The notes under the pieces are model-generated. The model saw nothing but the letters and a program-made list of their open reading frames with translations. It was not told the DNA's origin and ran no database searches. From assembly GCA_050953045.1 (NCBI GenBank), contig JBMNLY010000003.1:42340-106339 (forward strand): a DNA stretch of 64,000 nt, read 5' to 3'. This DNA comes from Bacilli bacterium (GTDB lineage: Bacteria; Bacillota_I; Bacilli_A; ML615J-28; CAG-698). Each line of letters begins with the position of its first letter. Position 1 is the first letter of the stretch. The position numbers and the translations under genes were made by a program. Positions 7,824 to 16,622 of the stretch are shown in pieces.

Positions 7824-10178
7824 TCAAAAACCCTTTTTACTGATTACAATTTTTAACACCATAAATAATACTCCAAACACAAAGACGGTAGCGGAAGCAA
7901 TATAGATAATGACTTTGAAAAAGCTATTTGAATCCGTTTTTTCAGATTCTCCAGGTTCTTCTGGATCAACTGGATCCCCTGGTTCAATAGGACCTTCTGG
8001 ATTCTCTGGTTCAACAGGCTCTTCCGGATCCTCTGGTTCAACAGGCTCTTCCGGATCAATTGGTTCTTCACCACTATCGTCAATTATTAATTCCATATAA
8101 AACAAATTCATAACCTCATCTTTGGCAATCGTATGTTCGCCAGGAGCAAGCGTAAGATTAAGGATTCCAATATCAGTTGTTGTATAACTGATTCCATCCA
8201 CCTTTATTCTTTTTCCGGATTCTTTAAAAACTAATGTTAATTCAGACTCATTAGTTGTAGTAAAGGTAATTCGAGTAGAGGTTTCTATTTTTAAACATTG
8301 AGTTAATGTTAAACCTTTATAATTTACAGTCCCTTTGCTAGTGGATAATTTTCCTGCTATTGAAAAGAAATCATTAACTTTGCCGTCGGATGTAAAGTTG
8401 TGGACGATTGTACCCGATGCTGGATCAACAGGGTCAATCGGATCATCCGGATCGTTCGGATCCACTGGATCTTCGATTTGATTTCCGCCGATTGAAATAA
8501 TTGTTGAACTGTAATTTCTGATTTTATTCATTAAAGGTTGATTGATATCATAGGAACTGTCATCAACTTCATTATTAAATTCCCAAGTAAAGTCACCTTG
8601 ATTTAATCGACCGGCCTTAGTTGTAACTATTTCTACAACATCTTCTACCGGATCAATTTCTGTTTTTGAAACTCCTAAATCTACTGAAGTATCAAAATTA
8701 TTATAGGTTGTTCCGCCATCTAAAGTTTTATATGAGGAAGGAACAATTTCATTCCTTGAACTAGCCAGATAGGCATCAAACGAAGTCGGATTTCTTGGTA
8801 CTGTGCCTTCGTCAGAATTTGCATAGATTAGGCTTTTAGCACCGATAATTAAATTATCATATGCTTTAATAATTCCGCCTGGCTCTTTTGAAAAAGTACC
8901 ATCGCCTTTGGTATCTGTACCCTGTTTGGAACTCATCATCGGATATTTCGTATTTCTAAAATAATTCGCTTCTACAAAAGCACTAGAACCAGTTGTAACA
9001 CCGACACCGTATTTTGAAATTCCATCATAATAATTATTGTAGATGTGGATTGAGCCCGTTCTGATGCGGGGATGTCTTGAATCAGAATGGTCAAACCAAT
9101 TATGATGATAGGTAACAAAATACTCTTCAGTTTCGCCCAAACCGCAAAGTGATACTTTTCCTGAATCCCAGTAGTGATTATATGAAACTGTGATATATGT
9201 GGATGTTCCTTTTATATCAGTAGAACCATCACCTTTAGCTTGATCGGAATCGGATCCTGCTTTCCCATAAAATATATCATTATGATGTATCCAGATATTA
9301 CAATTATTTCCTTCAACAGATATAGCGTCGTCTGGAAATAAAGCGAGCCCTAAATTTCTTACTTCTACATTACCTGCACGCCGAAGCAATATCCCCCAAC
9401 CATAGGCGTAAGCATCTTGACCAATACCTTCGATGGTAATATTCATTTCTGAATAATCCGCATTCCCCTTTAATTCAATATAGCCATTTTTATTAATTTG
9501 TCCGCTCATATTTTCATCTGTCACTTTTCCGATTACCCGAAATGCAAGGGGAGTTTGATCATGGCCTTTTTCGCGCAATTTTAAAATCGCTGCAATGCCG
9601 ATGCCGGTTTCTTTTTTCCCTTTACTATCAACAATAACATCAAGTTGAACGGTTTTTGCGGTTGCAGGAGTTAGATATATTACTTTTGCGTCAGGTTTTA
9701 AGGTTCCGTCATCATTATAAGCACCAGAACCAGTCTTAAATTTGGATGCACTTGAAAAAGCAAACCCCGAACGGTCATGTGCTTCTACATTAATAATATC
9801 TGATACTCTGCTCACCGTTAGCTCATCATCAAGTATTGCTTCTACTTTCATCATGTAACTGCCAGATGCAAGACCAACGGCATCCGCTCGCCAATATGTT
9901 TCGTATTCTCGGATTAACTCTGCATCAATTTGTTGATACTCAGTATCCAAAGCTTGACTATGTTTTACAAAAACATTATAACCTAAAGCATCAGTATGAG
10001 GGGTCCACTCGATATAAGCAGTCTCGTACCAACCGCCACTTTCTATAATATTAAGGTTAGAAGAATTCGCTTTAGTCTTAGCAAAAGAACCTATTATAAA
10101 TAGGGTAAATAAATACACTAATGTAATACTAAGAATCTGTTTAATCCTTTTTATCATCTTCTTCCTTCCCGTTTTCAT
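7824..10178 (-). CDS. Pectate lyase (PL1-like right-handed beta-helix) with N-terminal signal/anchor, C-terminal beta-sandwich region, acidic Pro-rich linker and C-terminal TM anchor
   Basis: PL1-type motifs are present: NIWIHHNDIF, GDGSTDIKGTSTYITVSYNHYWDSGKVSLCG, SRHPRIRTG. The C-terminus is (PE/PV)-rich and ends in the hydrophobic helix FFKVIIYIASATVFVFGVLFMVL. An alternative start at ATG 10157 has the better RBS (GGAAGGAAG). Confidence 0.8.
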   Translation of the reverse strand: MKTGRKKMIKRIKQILSITLVYLFTLFIIGSFAKTKANSSNLNIIESGGWYETAYIEWTPHTDALGYNVFVKHSQALDTEYQQIDAELIREYETYWRADAVGLASGSYMMKVEAILDDELTVSRVSDIINVEAHDRSGFAFSSASKFKTGSGAYNDDGTLKPDAKVIYLTPATAKTVQLDVIVDSKGKKETGIGIAAILKLREKGHDQTPLAFRVIGKVTDENMSGQINKNGYIELKGNADYSEMNITIEGIGQDAYAYGWGILLRRAGNVEVRNLGLALFPDDAISVEGNNCNIWIHHNDIFYGKAGSDSDQAKGDGSTDIKGTSTYITVSYNHYWDSGKVSLCGLGETEEYFVTYHHNWFDHSDSRHPRIRTGSIHIYNNYYDGISKYGVGVTTGSSAFVEANYFRNTKYPMMSSKQGTDTKGDGTFSKEPGGIIKAYDNLIIGAKSLIYANSDEGTVPRNPTSFDAYLASSRNEIVPSSYKTLDGGTTYNNFDTSVDLGVSKTEIDPVEDVVEIVTTKAGRLNQGDFTWEFNNEVDDSSYDINQPLMNKIRNYSSTIISIGGNQIEDPVDPNDPDDPIDPVDPASGTIVHNFTSDGKVNDFFSIAGKLSTSKGTVNYKGLTLTQCLKIETSTRITFTTTNESELTLVFKESGKRIKVDGISYTTTDIGILNLTLAPGEHTIAKDEVMNLFYMELIIDDSGEEPIDPEEPVEPEDPEEPVEPENPEGPIEPGDPVDPEEPGESEKTDSNSFFKVIIYIASATVFVFGVLFMVLKIVISKKGF
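8004..8057 (-). repeat. Perfect 27-bp tandem duplication inside the Pro/Glu-rich linker of the pectate lyase
   Basis: ctctggttcaacaggctcttccggatc occurs twice back to back (8004-8030 and 8031-8057). It encodes DPEEPVEPE twice. Confidence 0.9.
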
Positions 10179-10375
10179 TATTCTGTTTAATAACTATAAT
10201 CTTACTAAAGAGTATTCGACTATAAATAATTCTATTATTTATTTTATTATACTATCCTTATAATGAAATTGTTATTAACTAAAACACAAAAAAGTTTAAA
10301 TATTCTTTTGTGCGTAATTACGAACATTGTTCGATTTTGTCAATTATATTTTACCATTTTAAAAAATTCATGTCA

Positions 10376-10404
10376 ATAAATATATAGTAAGTAAATAAAG
10401 ACTT
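10376..10404. repeat. Left copy of the 29-bp direct target-site duplication flanking the IS
   Basis: ataaatatatagtaagtaaataaagactt is identical to 12020-12048. Confidence 0.85.
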
Positions 10405-12019
10405 ATGAGTATATTATGATAATTTCATATTAAGTTATATTATGATTATTTCATTTCTAAATAAATCACTAATAACTATATAAGTAAGTACTTACTAAAT
10501 AAATATATCTATAAGGGCCGCCATTTTCCAAAATTTTCATTTTCCTACCTCTTTTGATATAATTCGTTATATCAGGAGGTAATATATGAGAAAGGTAGAG
10601 TTAAGAATGAACGAACAAATCAAGTACGATATTATTAAACGTGTCGCTAATAATGAAATTTCTGTAAGAAGAGCAGCCGTTAAACTAGGCGTTACCATTC
10701 GAACCGTTTATAACTTAATCAAAACCTACAGAACCAAAGGTAAAGCCGGATTCATCCACGGCAACCGTGGTAGAAAACCATCTACTACCATAAGTAAAGA
10801 GGTAACCGAAAAAATTCTATCGCTTTATAAGAACACTTATTATCAAGCTAACTTTAAACATTTTCTAGATCTTTTGAAAGAAAGAGAAAATATTGAAGTT
10901 TCATATTACTACCTGTATAAACTACTTAGTAAAGAACGTTTTATTTCCCCTAAATGTACTAAGAAGACCTTAAGAAGAATTAATAAAGAATTAAGCCAAA
11001 AATTAAAATCTAACGCTAAATTAACTCAAGCAGAAAAAGATTATATCGCTGCCACCAATCTTCAAGATCCATCTAAAGCACATCCCAGAAAACCTCGAGC
11101 TAAATATGCCGGAGAACTTATCCTAATGGATGCATCGGAGCATGTCTGGTTTGCCGATTATAAAACTCACCTGCATTTATGCTTAGATGATGCTTCAGGA
11201 CAGATTGTAGGGGCATATTTCGACTCACAAGAGACTTTGAAGGGCTATTACAACACTTTGTATCAAGTGTTAACCAAGTACGGTATACCGGCTATTATCT
11301 TAACCGATAATCGTAGTATTTTTAAAGGTAAGGGAATAAAAAATCCTTCTGCTGATGAGAAGGACATGCATACACAATTTGGTTATGCCTGCCATCAGCT
11401 AGGAATCGAACTTCGAACAACTTCCATACCCCAATCCAAAGGACGTATTGAAAGAATGTTTCAAACCCTTCAAAGTCGGTTGATCCTAGAACTGAAATTA
11501 GCAGGCATAACAAGTATACAGGAAGCTAACAAATTTCTTGAAGACTATATCAAGAAATTTAATCAGCAATTCGCTGTACAACTTGATTATACCAAATCCG
11601 TATATGATACGCAATTAACTTCAGAAAAAATCAATTACACTTTGGCGGTCATAAGCAAGCGTATTGTTGATAACGGAAGTTCGATAAAATATAAAAACAA
11701 ATATTATCAGTTTTACCTGTCAGGTAGTTTAGTAGCAATCAAACCTAAAACAAGATGCTACGTTTTAGAAGCATTTGATGGATCATTACTGGCCTCAATC
11801 GGCGAAGAAATTTATGAACTACATGAATTGGAATCCAATTATAAAGTATCCAAAATCTTCGATCTTGAAGAACCTAAAAAACCTAAATATAGAGGCCACA
11901 AACCTAAAGATTGTCATCCTTGGAAATACTTTAAATATAAGAGAAAGTCAAAACGTATTACTGCTTAAAACTGTAAGAATGTTTACAGTTTTTTAGTGAA
12001 AAAATCATTATATATTGAC
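10405..12019 (+). mobile_element. Intact insertion sequence, about 1.6 kb, IS1202-like (ISNCY family)
   Basis: It carries a single DDE transposase gene. The imperfect 24-bp terminal inverted repeats match at 17/24 positions (ATGAGTATATTATGATAATTTCAT versus the reverse complement of 11996-12019, GTCAATATATAATGATTTTTTCAC). A subterminal repeat of the IR core lies at about 10436-10454. The element is directly flanked by a 29-bp duplication. Confidence 0.8.
10586..11968 (+). CDS. DDE (rve-type) transposase with N-terminal HTH, IS1202-group-like
   Basis: 460 aa. It has an N-terminal HTH (ISVRRAAVKLGVTIRTVYNLI) and integrase-core-like DDE blocks (LMDASEH..., LTDNRSIFKG, KGRIERMFQTLQ). The RBS is AGGAGG. 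Confidence 0.85.
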   Translation: MRKVELRMNEQIKYDIIKRVANNEISVRRAAVKLGVTIRTVYNLIKTYRTKGKAGFIHGNRGRKPSTTISKEVTEKILSLYKNTYYQANFKHFLDLLKERENIEVSYYYLYKLLSKERFISPKCTKKTLRRINKELSQKLKSNAKLTQAEKDYIAATNLQDPSKAHPRKPRAKYAGELILMDASEHVWFADYKTHLHLCLDDASGQIVGAYFDSQETLKGYYNTLYQVLTKYGIPAIILTDNRSIFKGKGIKNPSADEKDMHTQFGYACHQLGIELRTTSIPQSKGRIERMFQTLQSRLILELKLAGITSIQEANKFLEDYIKKFNQQFAVQLDYTKSVYDTQLTSEKINYTLAVISKRIVDNGSSIKYKNKYYQFYLSGSLVAIKPKTRCYVLEAFDGSLLASIGEEIYELHELESNYKVSKIFDLEEPKKPKYRGHKPKDCHPWKYFKYKRKSKRITA

Positions 12020-12048
12020 ATAAATATATAGTAAGTAAATAAAGACTT
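12020..12048. repeat. Right copy of the 29-bp target-site duplication
   Basis: Identical to 10376-10404. Confidence 0.85.
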
Positions 12049-12125
12049 TCCTTTTTTATTGCTAATAAAAAATTAATTTAAAATAATCCATAACAAACCC
12101 CAATTACTACAATCACCATAAATTA

Positions 12126-12154
12126 TTGATTCATAGTATTAAGGATGATATAAT
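12126..12154 (+). promoter_or_regulatory. Sigma-70-type promoter of the downstream membrane-protein gene
   Basis: TTGATT, 17 nt, TATAAT. The -10 element ends 25 nt upstream of ATG 12180. Confidence 0.55.
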
Positions 12155-12179
12155 TTTATTATACAAGGGGGTATTCTTT

Positions 12180-12659
12180 ATGAAATTTGTTGTTTGTAAC
12201 AAAGAAACGTGCAATAATGAAATAATGGTGGAAAAAAGTGTATGGACTGGAAGGACTAGTTTGTATATTAATGGTAAACCAATGAACAAAATTGGAAAAA
12301 ATTTATTTTCTTACAATGATAGCGAGGGGAAAGAAAAAAAAGCAGCTTTTAAAGGGAGTGAAATATTAGGTATTGAGCTGTATATGGATGGCCGAACTAT
12401 TACTATTCTTCGCAAACTAAATACTTTTGAAATAGTTTTAGTGTTTATACCATTAATTTTAATCATTGGAGGAGCAAGTGGAGGAGTAATTGGAGGAGTA
12501 ATTGCTGGAGTATGTGCAGCTATCGGAATGACCATAACTGCGTCATTTTGCCGTAAGATAGACAATATTATACTTAAGTTATTATTTATTCTTGGTATCT
12601 ATGGAATAATTACATTAGTTTATTTTTTAATAGCTGGACTAATTTTAGAAATTATCTAG
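12180..12659 (+). CDS. Hypothetical membrane protein with Gly-zipper TM segment
   Basis: Start at ATG 12180 after AAGGGGG. The C-terminal half is hydrophobic (GGASGGVIGGVIAGVCAAIG). The listed TTG 12126 is the -35 box. Confidence 0.55.
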   Translation: MKFVVCNKETCNNEIMVEKSVWTGRTSLYINGKPMNKIGKNLFSYNDSEGKEKKAAFKGSEILGIELYMDGRTITILRKLNTFEIVLVFIPLILIIGGASGGVIGGVIAGVCAAIGMTITASFCRKIDNIILKLLFILGIYGIITLVYFLIAGLILEII

Positions 12660-12757
12660 TCTAATACAGATAAATTTGCATGTCAGTGATTAACACTTAA
12701 GTCGTTACGACTTTGCTTTACAAAAGATTTATTAATAAATAGAAAAAATAAGTTATG

Positions 12758-12817
12758 ATACTCCTAAATTAGATAGTGAAAAAGGCTATTCATTATCTGT
12801 TTAGGAGTATTTTATTT
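12758..12817 (+). terminator. Long compound hairpin terminator
   Basis: The outer stem is ATACTCCTAAA/TTTAGGAGTAT. The inner stem is GATAGTGAA/TTCATTATC. A tttatttt run follows. Confidence 0.6.
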
Positions 12818-13086
12818 TAAAAAAACTATATTCAGTTGGTGAATATAGTCATTTTTCTGAAATATGTTGTTAGTATTAAAGAAACCTTTCTACCCATAAA
12901 ACAAATAATTGTAACCCTATTATAAAAATAATTTACTAACTCCAAGCATTCTCTTATTTCATCTGCTTGACCTTTTGTTAATTTAAATTCCTGAATATCA
13001 GAAATCAAATCAAAAATATTAAGAAGGGATTTATTACTTAAATCAGAATATTCTACTTTTAATGTTTGCCTAATCTCTATTAATAG

Positions 13087-15066
13087 TTAAAACAAACAAC
13101 CAGCATTTTTATTATTTAGAACATTTAGATCTCTAGCTCCAAATTCTGAATGGAGTTTAAGTCCATTAACAGTACTTAATATAGGTGCTTCTTGGGAAAA
13201 GAAAATGCCATCTTTTAATTCAATTCCTAAACTTGCTCCACAATAATGTTCATTATCATATATAGGATTTACGAGAGTAATACCTTCAAATACAACTTCT
13301 TTATTTTCAGCAAATACTAAATTATTTCTAAATGTGATGTTTTCGGGTGCATGTGGATATTTACCTTCATAAACAAAACTGCGCTCGCAATCAATCAAAG
13401 TATTATTCTCAATTAATGTATTAAAAGCTGTCCACTGACCACTTTTGGAAGTGGTTTTACCAATGCTATTGTTTCCAGAATGAATGATAATTCCGCCTCT
13501 GAAACTAGCACTCGTCCTTACGCCTTCAATGTAATTATTCCTGATAATATGTTCACCATCAAAGAATCTAATCCCTCCGCCATCAGTGATTGAATTTGTT
13601 AGAAATACATTATCTTCAACAATATTTTTGATTCCATGTCTTAAGGTTACTAAACCTTCAACTTCAATGAATGTATTTCCTTTGATTAGATTTTCTCCGG
13701 CCTTTACAGAAATAACTTCAATCTCACCGTTAGTTCTTTCAAAGAGATTGTTTTCAACGACTGTAAAAGATGAAGACCTAGAAGTATCCGAAGTCCCGAT
13801 TCGAATAGTTTCCAATTCATTTTCTTCAAGACCTGAGGCAAAGTCCAAAAAATGGTTATGATGAATATAATGATAATTAGGCGAATCATCTTCACGCATA
13901 ATGTTGAGAAGAGGACCTTTATGACTTTTACCAGAAAAAGTTGAGTTATCTAATACATTATACTGTCCTTTTAGAGTAATCCAATTACTTTTAGTAAAGC
14001 TTCCGTTAAAATTAGTAACTTTGATATTGTTGATACGATTGTAACTACCTCTAATTACTATTATTCCAGAATCATATTTTGGAGATCCATTCGTAAACTC
14101 AATTCCAGAAATAATATTATAGTTTCCTTTAATTTCAATTCTTGCTTCTCCGGTGAATTTTACCTTTCCAGGGTTTTTAGCAATATAAAAAATCGGATTT
14201 TCTTTTGTTCCATTAGCTTCCGGGGATAAGACTACTCCATCATAAGTTCCGTCTTCGATTATTACTGCAGTTCCAGGTTCTAGGCCTTTTGCTTTACTTT
14301 GTAAAGCGCTCTTTGTTGAAACATAAACTTTATTAAGAATGCGGGGATTATTTTCATCTATCTGTTCTCTTAATCCACCTTTTGGGAACAATCCTTCTTT
14401 CAAACTCCATTTCGCATAAATAATGGTATTAGAAGTAATTTTATCAGTTTGAAAATTCCAAGGAATTGTTTTAGCAGCATCCTTAAACCAACCAACAAAA
14501 TCATAACCTTCTTTAGTTGGTGCAGGCGGTTCACTTACTAAAGAATTATATTCCACATTCCTACTTGCAATAGCAGAACCACCATCCGTGTCAAACGTAA
14601 CTAAATAGGCCTCACTCGCCCATTTCGCATAAATAATAGTATTAGCAGTAATTTTATCAGTTTGAAAATTCCAAGGAATTGTTTTAGCAGCATCCTTAAA
14701 CCAACCTACAAAATCATAACCTTCTTTTGTTGGTTTTGATGGTTCACATACAAGTGAATTATATTCAATTAATTGACCGTCAACTGGAGTGCCATCATCC
14801 GTGTCAAATGTAACATTAAATTTTTTTATCTCAAATTTAGCATAAATTGTTACATTTTCTCCAACCTTTTTACTAGCAAAATCCCATGTTTTAGTCTTAT
14901 CAGCATCTTCGTACCAATCGATAAAATCATAACCAGTTTTTACTGGGTCAGCGGGTCTAGTTACTAAAGAATTTTTTTCAACTTCAATACTTTCGCTGCC
15001 TTCTCCATCGACATCAAAAGTAACCGTAAAAGTTGTCTTAGAACATGCAACTAAAATTAATGTCAA
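13087..15066 (-). CDS. Polysaccharide lyase family 6-like (alginate/chondroitinase-B-type beta-helix) with three N-terminal Listeria-Bacteroides (Flg_new) repeats; signal peptide interrupted by an in-frame TAA
   Basis: The repeats are GYDF(I/V)(D/G)W(Y/F)... IYAK(F/W), three times. The PL6-like block is NNLFERTNGEIEVISVKAGENLIKGNTF...LVTLRHG. The true ATG with GGAGGG RBS is at 15111, but codon 5 is TAA (15097-15099). Confidence 0.75.
   Translation of the reverse strand: MTLILVACSKTTFTVTFDVDGEGSESIEVEKNSLVTRPADPVKTGYDFIDWYEDADKTKTWDFASKKVGENVTIYAKFEIKKFNVTFDTDDGTPVDGQLIEYNSLVCEPSKPTKEGYDFVGWFKDAAKTIPWNFQTDKITANTIIYAKWASEAYLVTFDTDGGSAIASRNVEYNSLVSEPPAPTKEGYDFVGWFKDAAKTIPWNFQTDKITSNTIIYAKWSLKEGLFPKGGLREQIDENNPRILNKVYVSTKSALQSKAKGLEPGTAVIIEDGTYDGVVLSPEANGTKENPIFYIAKNPGKVKFTGEARIEIKGNYNIISGIEFTNGSPKYDSGIIVIRGSYNRINNIKVTNFNGSFTKSNWITLKGQYNVLDNSTFSGKSHKGPLLNIMREDDSPNYHYIHHNHFLDFASGLEENELETIRIGTSDTSRSSSFTVVENNLFERTNGEIEVISVKAGENLIKGNTFIEVEGLVTLRHGIKNIVEDNVFLTNSITDGGGIRFFDGEHIIRNNYIEGVRTSASFRGGIIIHSGNNSIGKTTSKSGQWTAFNTLIENNTLIDCERSFVYEGKYPHAPENITFRNNLVFAENKEVVFEGITLVNPIYDNEHYCGASLGIELKDGIFFSQEAPILSTVNGLKLHSEFGARDLNVLNNKNAGCLF
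14407..14832 (-). repeat. 213-bp (71-aa) tandem units encoding the Flg_new repeats; two units are nearly identical at the DNA level
   Basis: ccatttcgcataaataat(g/a)gtattag(a/c)agtaattttatcagtttgaaaattccaaggaattgttttagcagcatccttaaaccaacc... recurs at 14407 and 14620. Confidence 0.8.
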
Positions 15067-15245
15067 GAAAACAAAAGATAAAAATAAAACTAGTTTTTAA
15101 ATATTTTCCATTGTCCCTCCGATGTTTAATTGAAAAGTTTAGTTCATATATGCGAACTGATTGCTTATATATGAACTGCTAATGTTATATTACTTTCAAT
15201 TAATACACTTGTCAAGACGATTTCAAATGTTTTTTTTGTAACGAA

Positions 15246-15279
15246 TAAAAAAACCCTAAGGAAAAACCTTAGGTTTTTT
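15246..15279. terminator. Bidirectional hairpin terminator
   Basis: aaaaaaaCCCTAAGGaaaaaCCTTAGGtttttt. Confidence 0.7.
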
Positions 15280-15354
15280 AAATACAAAGCTTACCCTAAA
15301 CGGATCAAGAATGAAGTCTTCCCTTTTATAGGGATAACTACTAAGCAGCCACAA

Positions 15355-15561
15355 TTAACAACTTTCCAGAAGAAATATTGCTCTTTTGTAAAGGGAATCA
15401 AATTCACATCCGCAGGAACCACATTCCCGATCAGCTTGAAGGATAGCCGCAATCAAACGCTTCTTACTACTTTTGTTTTCCAACCATTCTTTAGCAGGTA
15501 TTGATATCAAATCCCAACCCGATTCAACAAACTTACTCATAATCACTTCTAACTCGTTCAT
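15355..15561 (-). CDS. Small Cys-rich hypothetical protein
   Basis: Start at ATG 15561 (MNELEV) after AAGGGG. It contains CGSCGC. It is translationally adjacent to the upstream SRPBCC gene. Confidence 0.5.
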   Translation of the reverse strand: MNELEVIMSKFVESGWDLISIPAKEWLENKSSKKRLIAAILQADRECGSCGCEFDSLYKRAIFLLESC

Positions 15562-15562
15562 T

Positions 15563-15973
15563 TTAATTTTCCCCTTTTTCAATAAATTTCTTATATAAAT
15601 TCATTCCTAACAAAGTTTTTTCTTTAAAAATTTCAATTGGAATATTAGGATCTTTATCAAAAATAAATTCAACATCCATTACAAAACGGGTTTTGCCATT
15701 CTCTTCAAAAAATTGATTAACACAGCGATTCCAAGCACCCGGAACTTCATAAGTGACTACACCTCGATTGGGAAGATTGATTTCTTCAATGGTTTCCTTC
15801 ATCCTCATCTCTTCTTCTCCCCAGCGGTAATATAAATAATATTGATTGGGAGATTCTCCGGGTTCAACTCGCAATAATCCGGTATCCCATTTTTTTAAGA
15901 CATCATGATCAAAGTAAGATTTGCTGACAAGTTCTATATTAGCATCAATAAAGACTTCGCATTGATACTTCAT
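15563..15973 (-). CDS. SRPBCC-superfamily (AHSA1/START-like) protein
   Basis: 136 aa. Its size and pattern match small SRPBCC ligand-binding proteins. The assignment rests on general resemblance only. Confidence 0.45.
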   Translation of the reverse strand: MKYQCEVFIDANIELVSKSYFDHDVLKKWDTGLLRVEPGESPNQYYLYYRWGEEEMRMKETIEEINLPNRGVVTYEVPGAWNRCVNQFFEENGKTRFVMDVEFIFDKDPNIPIEIFKEKTLLGMNLYKKFIEKGEN

Positions 15974-16147
15974 AAGCCCTCCTTTGTTTGCTTCTATATA
16001 TAAATAAAGAATATTGTTTATTTTCCTAACTAAATAATACCACTTTATCGCGTACCTTACAACCCAAACTTGATAGATTTAAAAAGGCTTCTAGTGAAAC
16101 CCTTTATACTAGACAAAGAAATTATATTATTGTAATCTTATAATCTA

Positions 16148-16350
16148 TTAATTTGTTTTCTCTTTATGTGATTCTAAATATTCTATTAACGCTTCATCAT
16201 TTGTAATCGTAAATAAACTTCCGTCATCAGCAGTATAAACATCGGTATACATTCCGTTTTCCAAAATTACAATCGCTTCCCCATAGGGCTCCGGATGGGG
16301 TAATCTTTCAATTACTAACTTTTTGGAACAATAACTTTTTTTGAAGACAT
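16148..16350 (-). pseudogene. Small (about 67 aa) hypothetical gene broken by a 1-nt homopolymer indel
   Basis: AAGGAG lies 5 nt before ATG 16350. The frame stops after 11 codons. Adding one A to the A5 run (plus-strand T5, 16320-16324) restores MSSKKVIVPKKLVIERLPHPEPYGEAIVILENGMYTDVYTADDGSLFTITNDEALIEYLESHKEKTN. Confidence 0.5.
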
Positions 16351-16593
16351 AGCTACTCCTTATTTAGATCTATTTTTTATTTTTTTCTTATAAATGTATG
16401 CTTTTCTAAATAAAAATTTTACCTATGGTTTATATTATAAATGACTTTATGAATATATTCAATGTTTTGCTTAGCTAAATTTTCAATGTTCCTGAAGAAA
16501 TGATAATATCTACTCATATCACGATAAACACCCTTGCCTTTGGCTAGTGGTTCTTACTTCCAAGCCACCAAGATTTTACATATGAACAGCATA

Positions 16594-16622
16594 CAAAAAA
16601 GCATTTCAGATTCGAAATGCTT
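16594..16622 (-). terminator. Rho-independent terminator ending the long glycoside-hydrolase operon
   Basis: On the minus strand, AAGCATTTCgaatctGAAATGCTTTTTTG overlaps the Nudix stop codon. Confidence 0.8.

Noticed and set aside
7853-8100. ORFs 7853-8083 (-) and 7909-8100 (+), with repetitive SGS/QRIRKSLLNQ-type translations.
   Set aside because: They are alternative-frame readings of the Pro/Glu-rich linker repeat of the pectate lyase gene and not independent genes.
12811-13086. The frame of the PL6 lyase stays open for about 91 codons beyond its TAA stop (LLIEIRQTLKVEYSDLSNKSLLNIFDLISDIQEFKLTKGQADEIRECLEL...). This raises the idea of stop-codon readthrough or a lost C-terminal domain. The same gene also has the in-frame TAA in its signal peptide.
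   Set aside because: TAA terminates many other genes here at their family-typical C-termini, so TAA recoding is not supported. The extension has no recognisable domain, and its second half looks like translated AT-rich spacer. It may be a remnant of an unrelated small gene, and a homology search of the first ~50 aa would settle that.
15974-16147. Search of this intergenic gap, and of 16351-16593, for a structured RNA, tRNA or riboswitch.
   Set aside because: I found only short imperfect inverted repeats. I recognised no cloverleaf, T-box, or known riboswitch core. Rfam/Infernal would be needed to exclude small RNAs.
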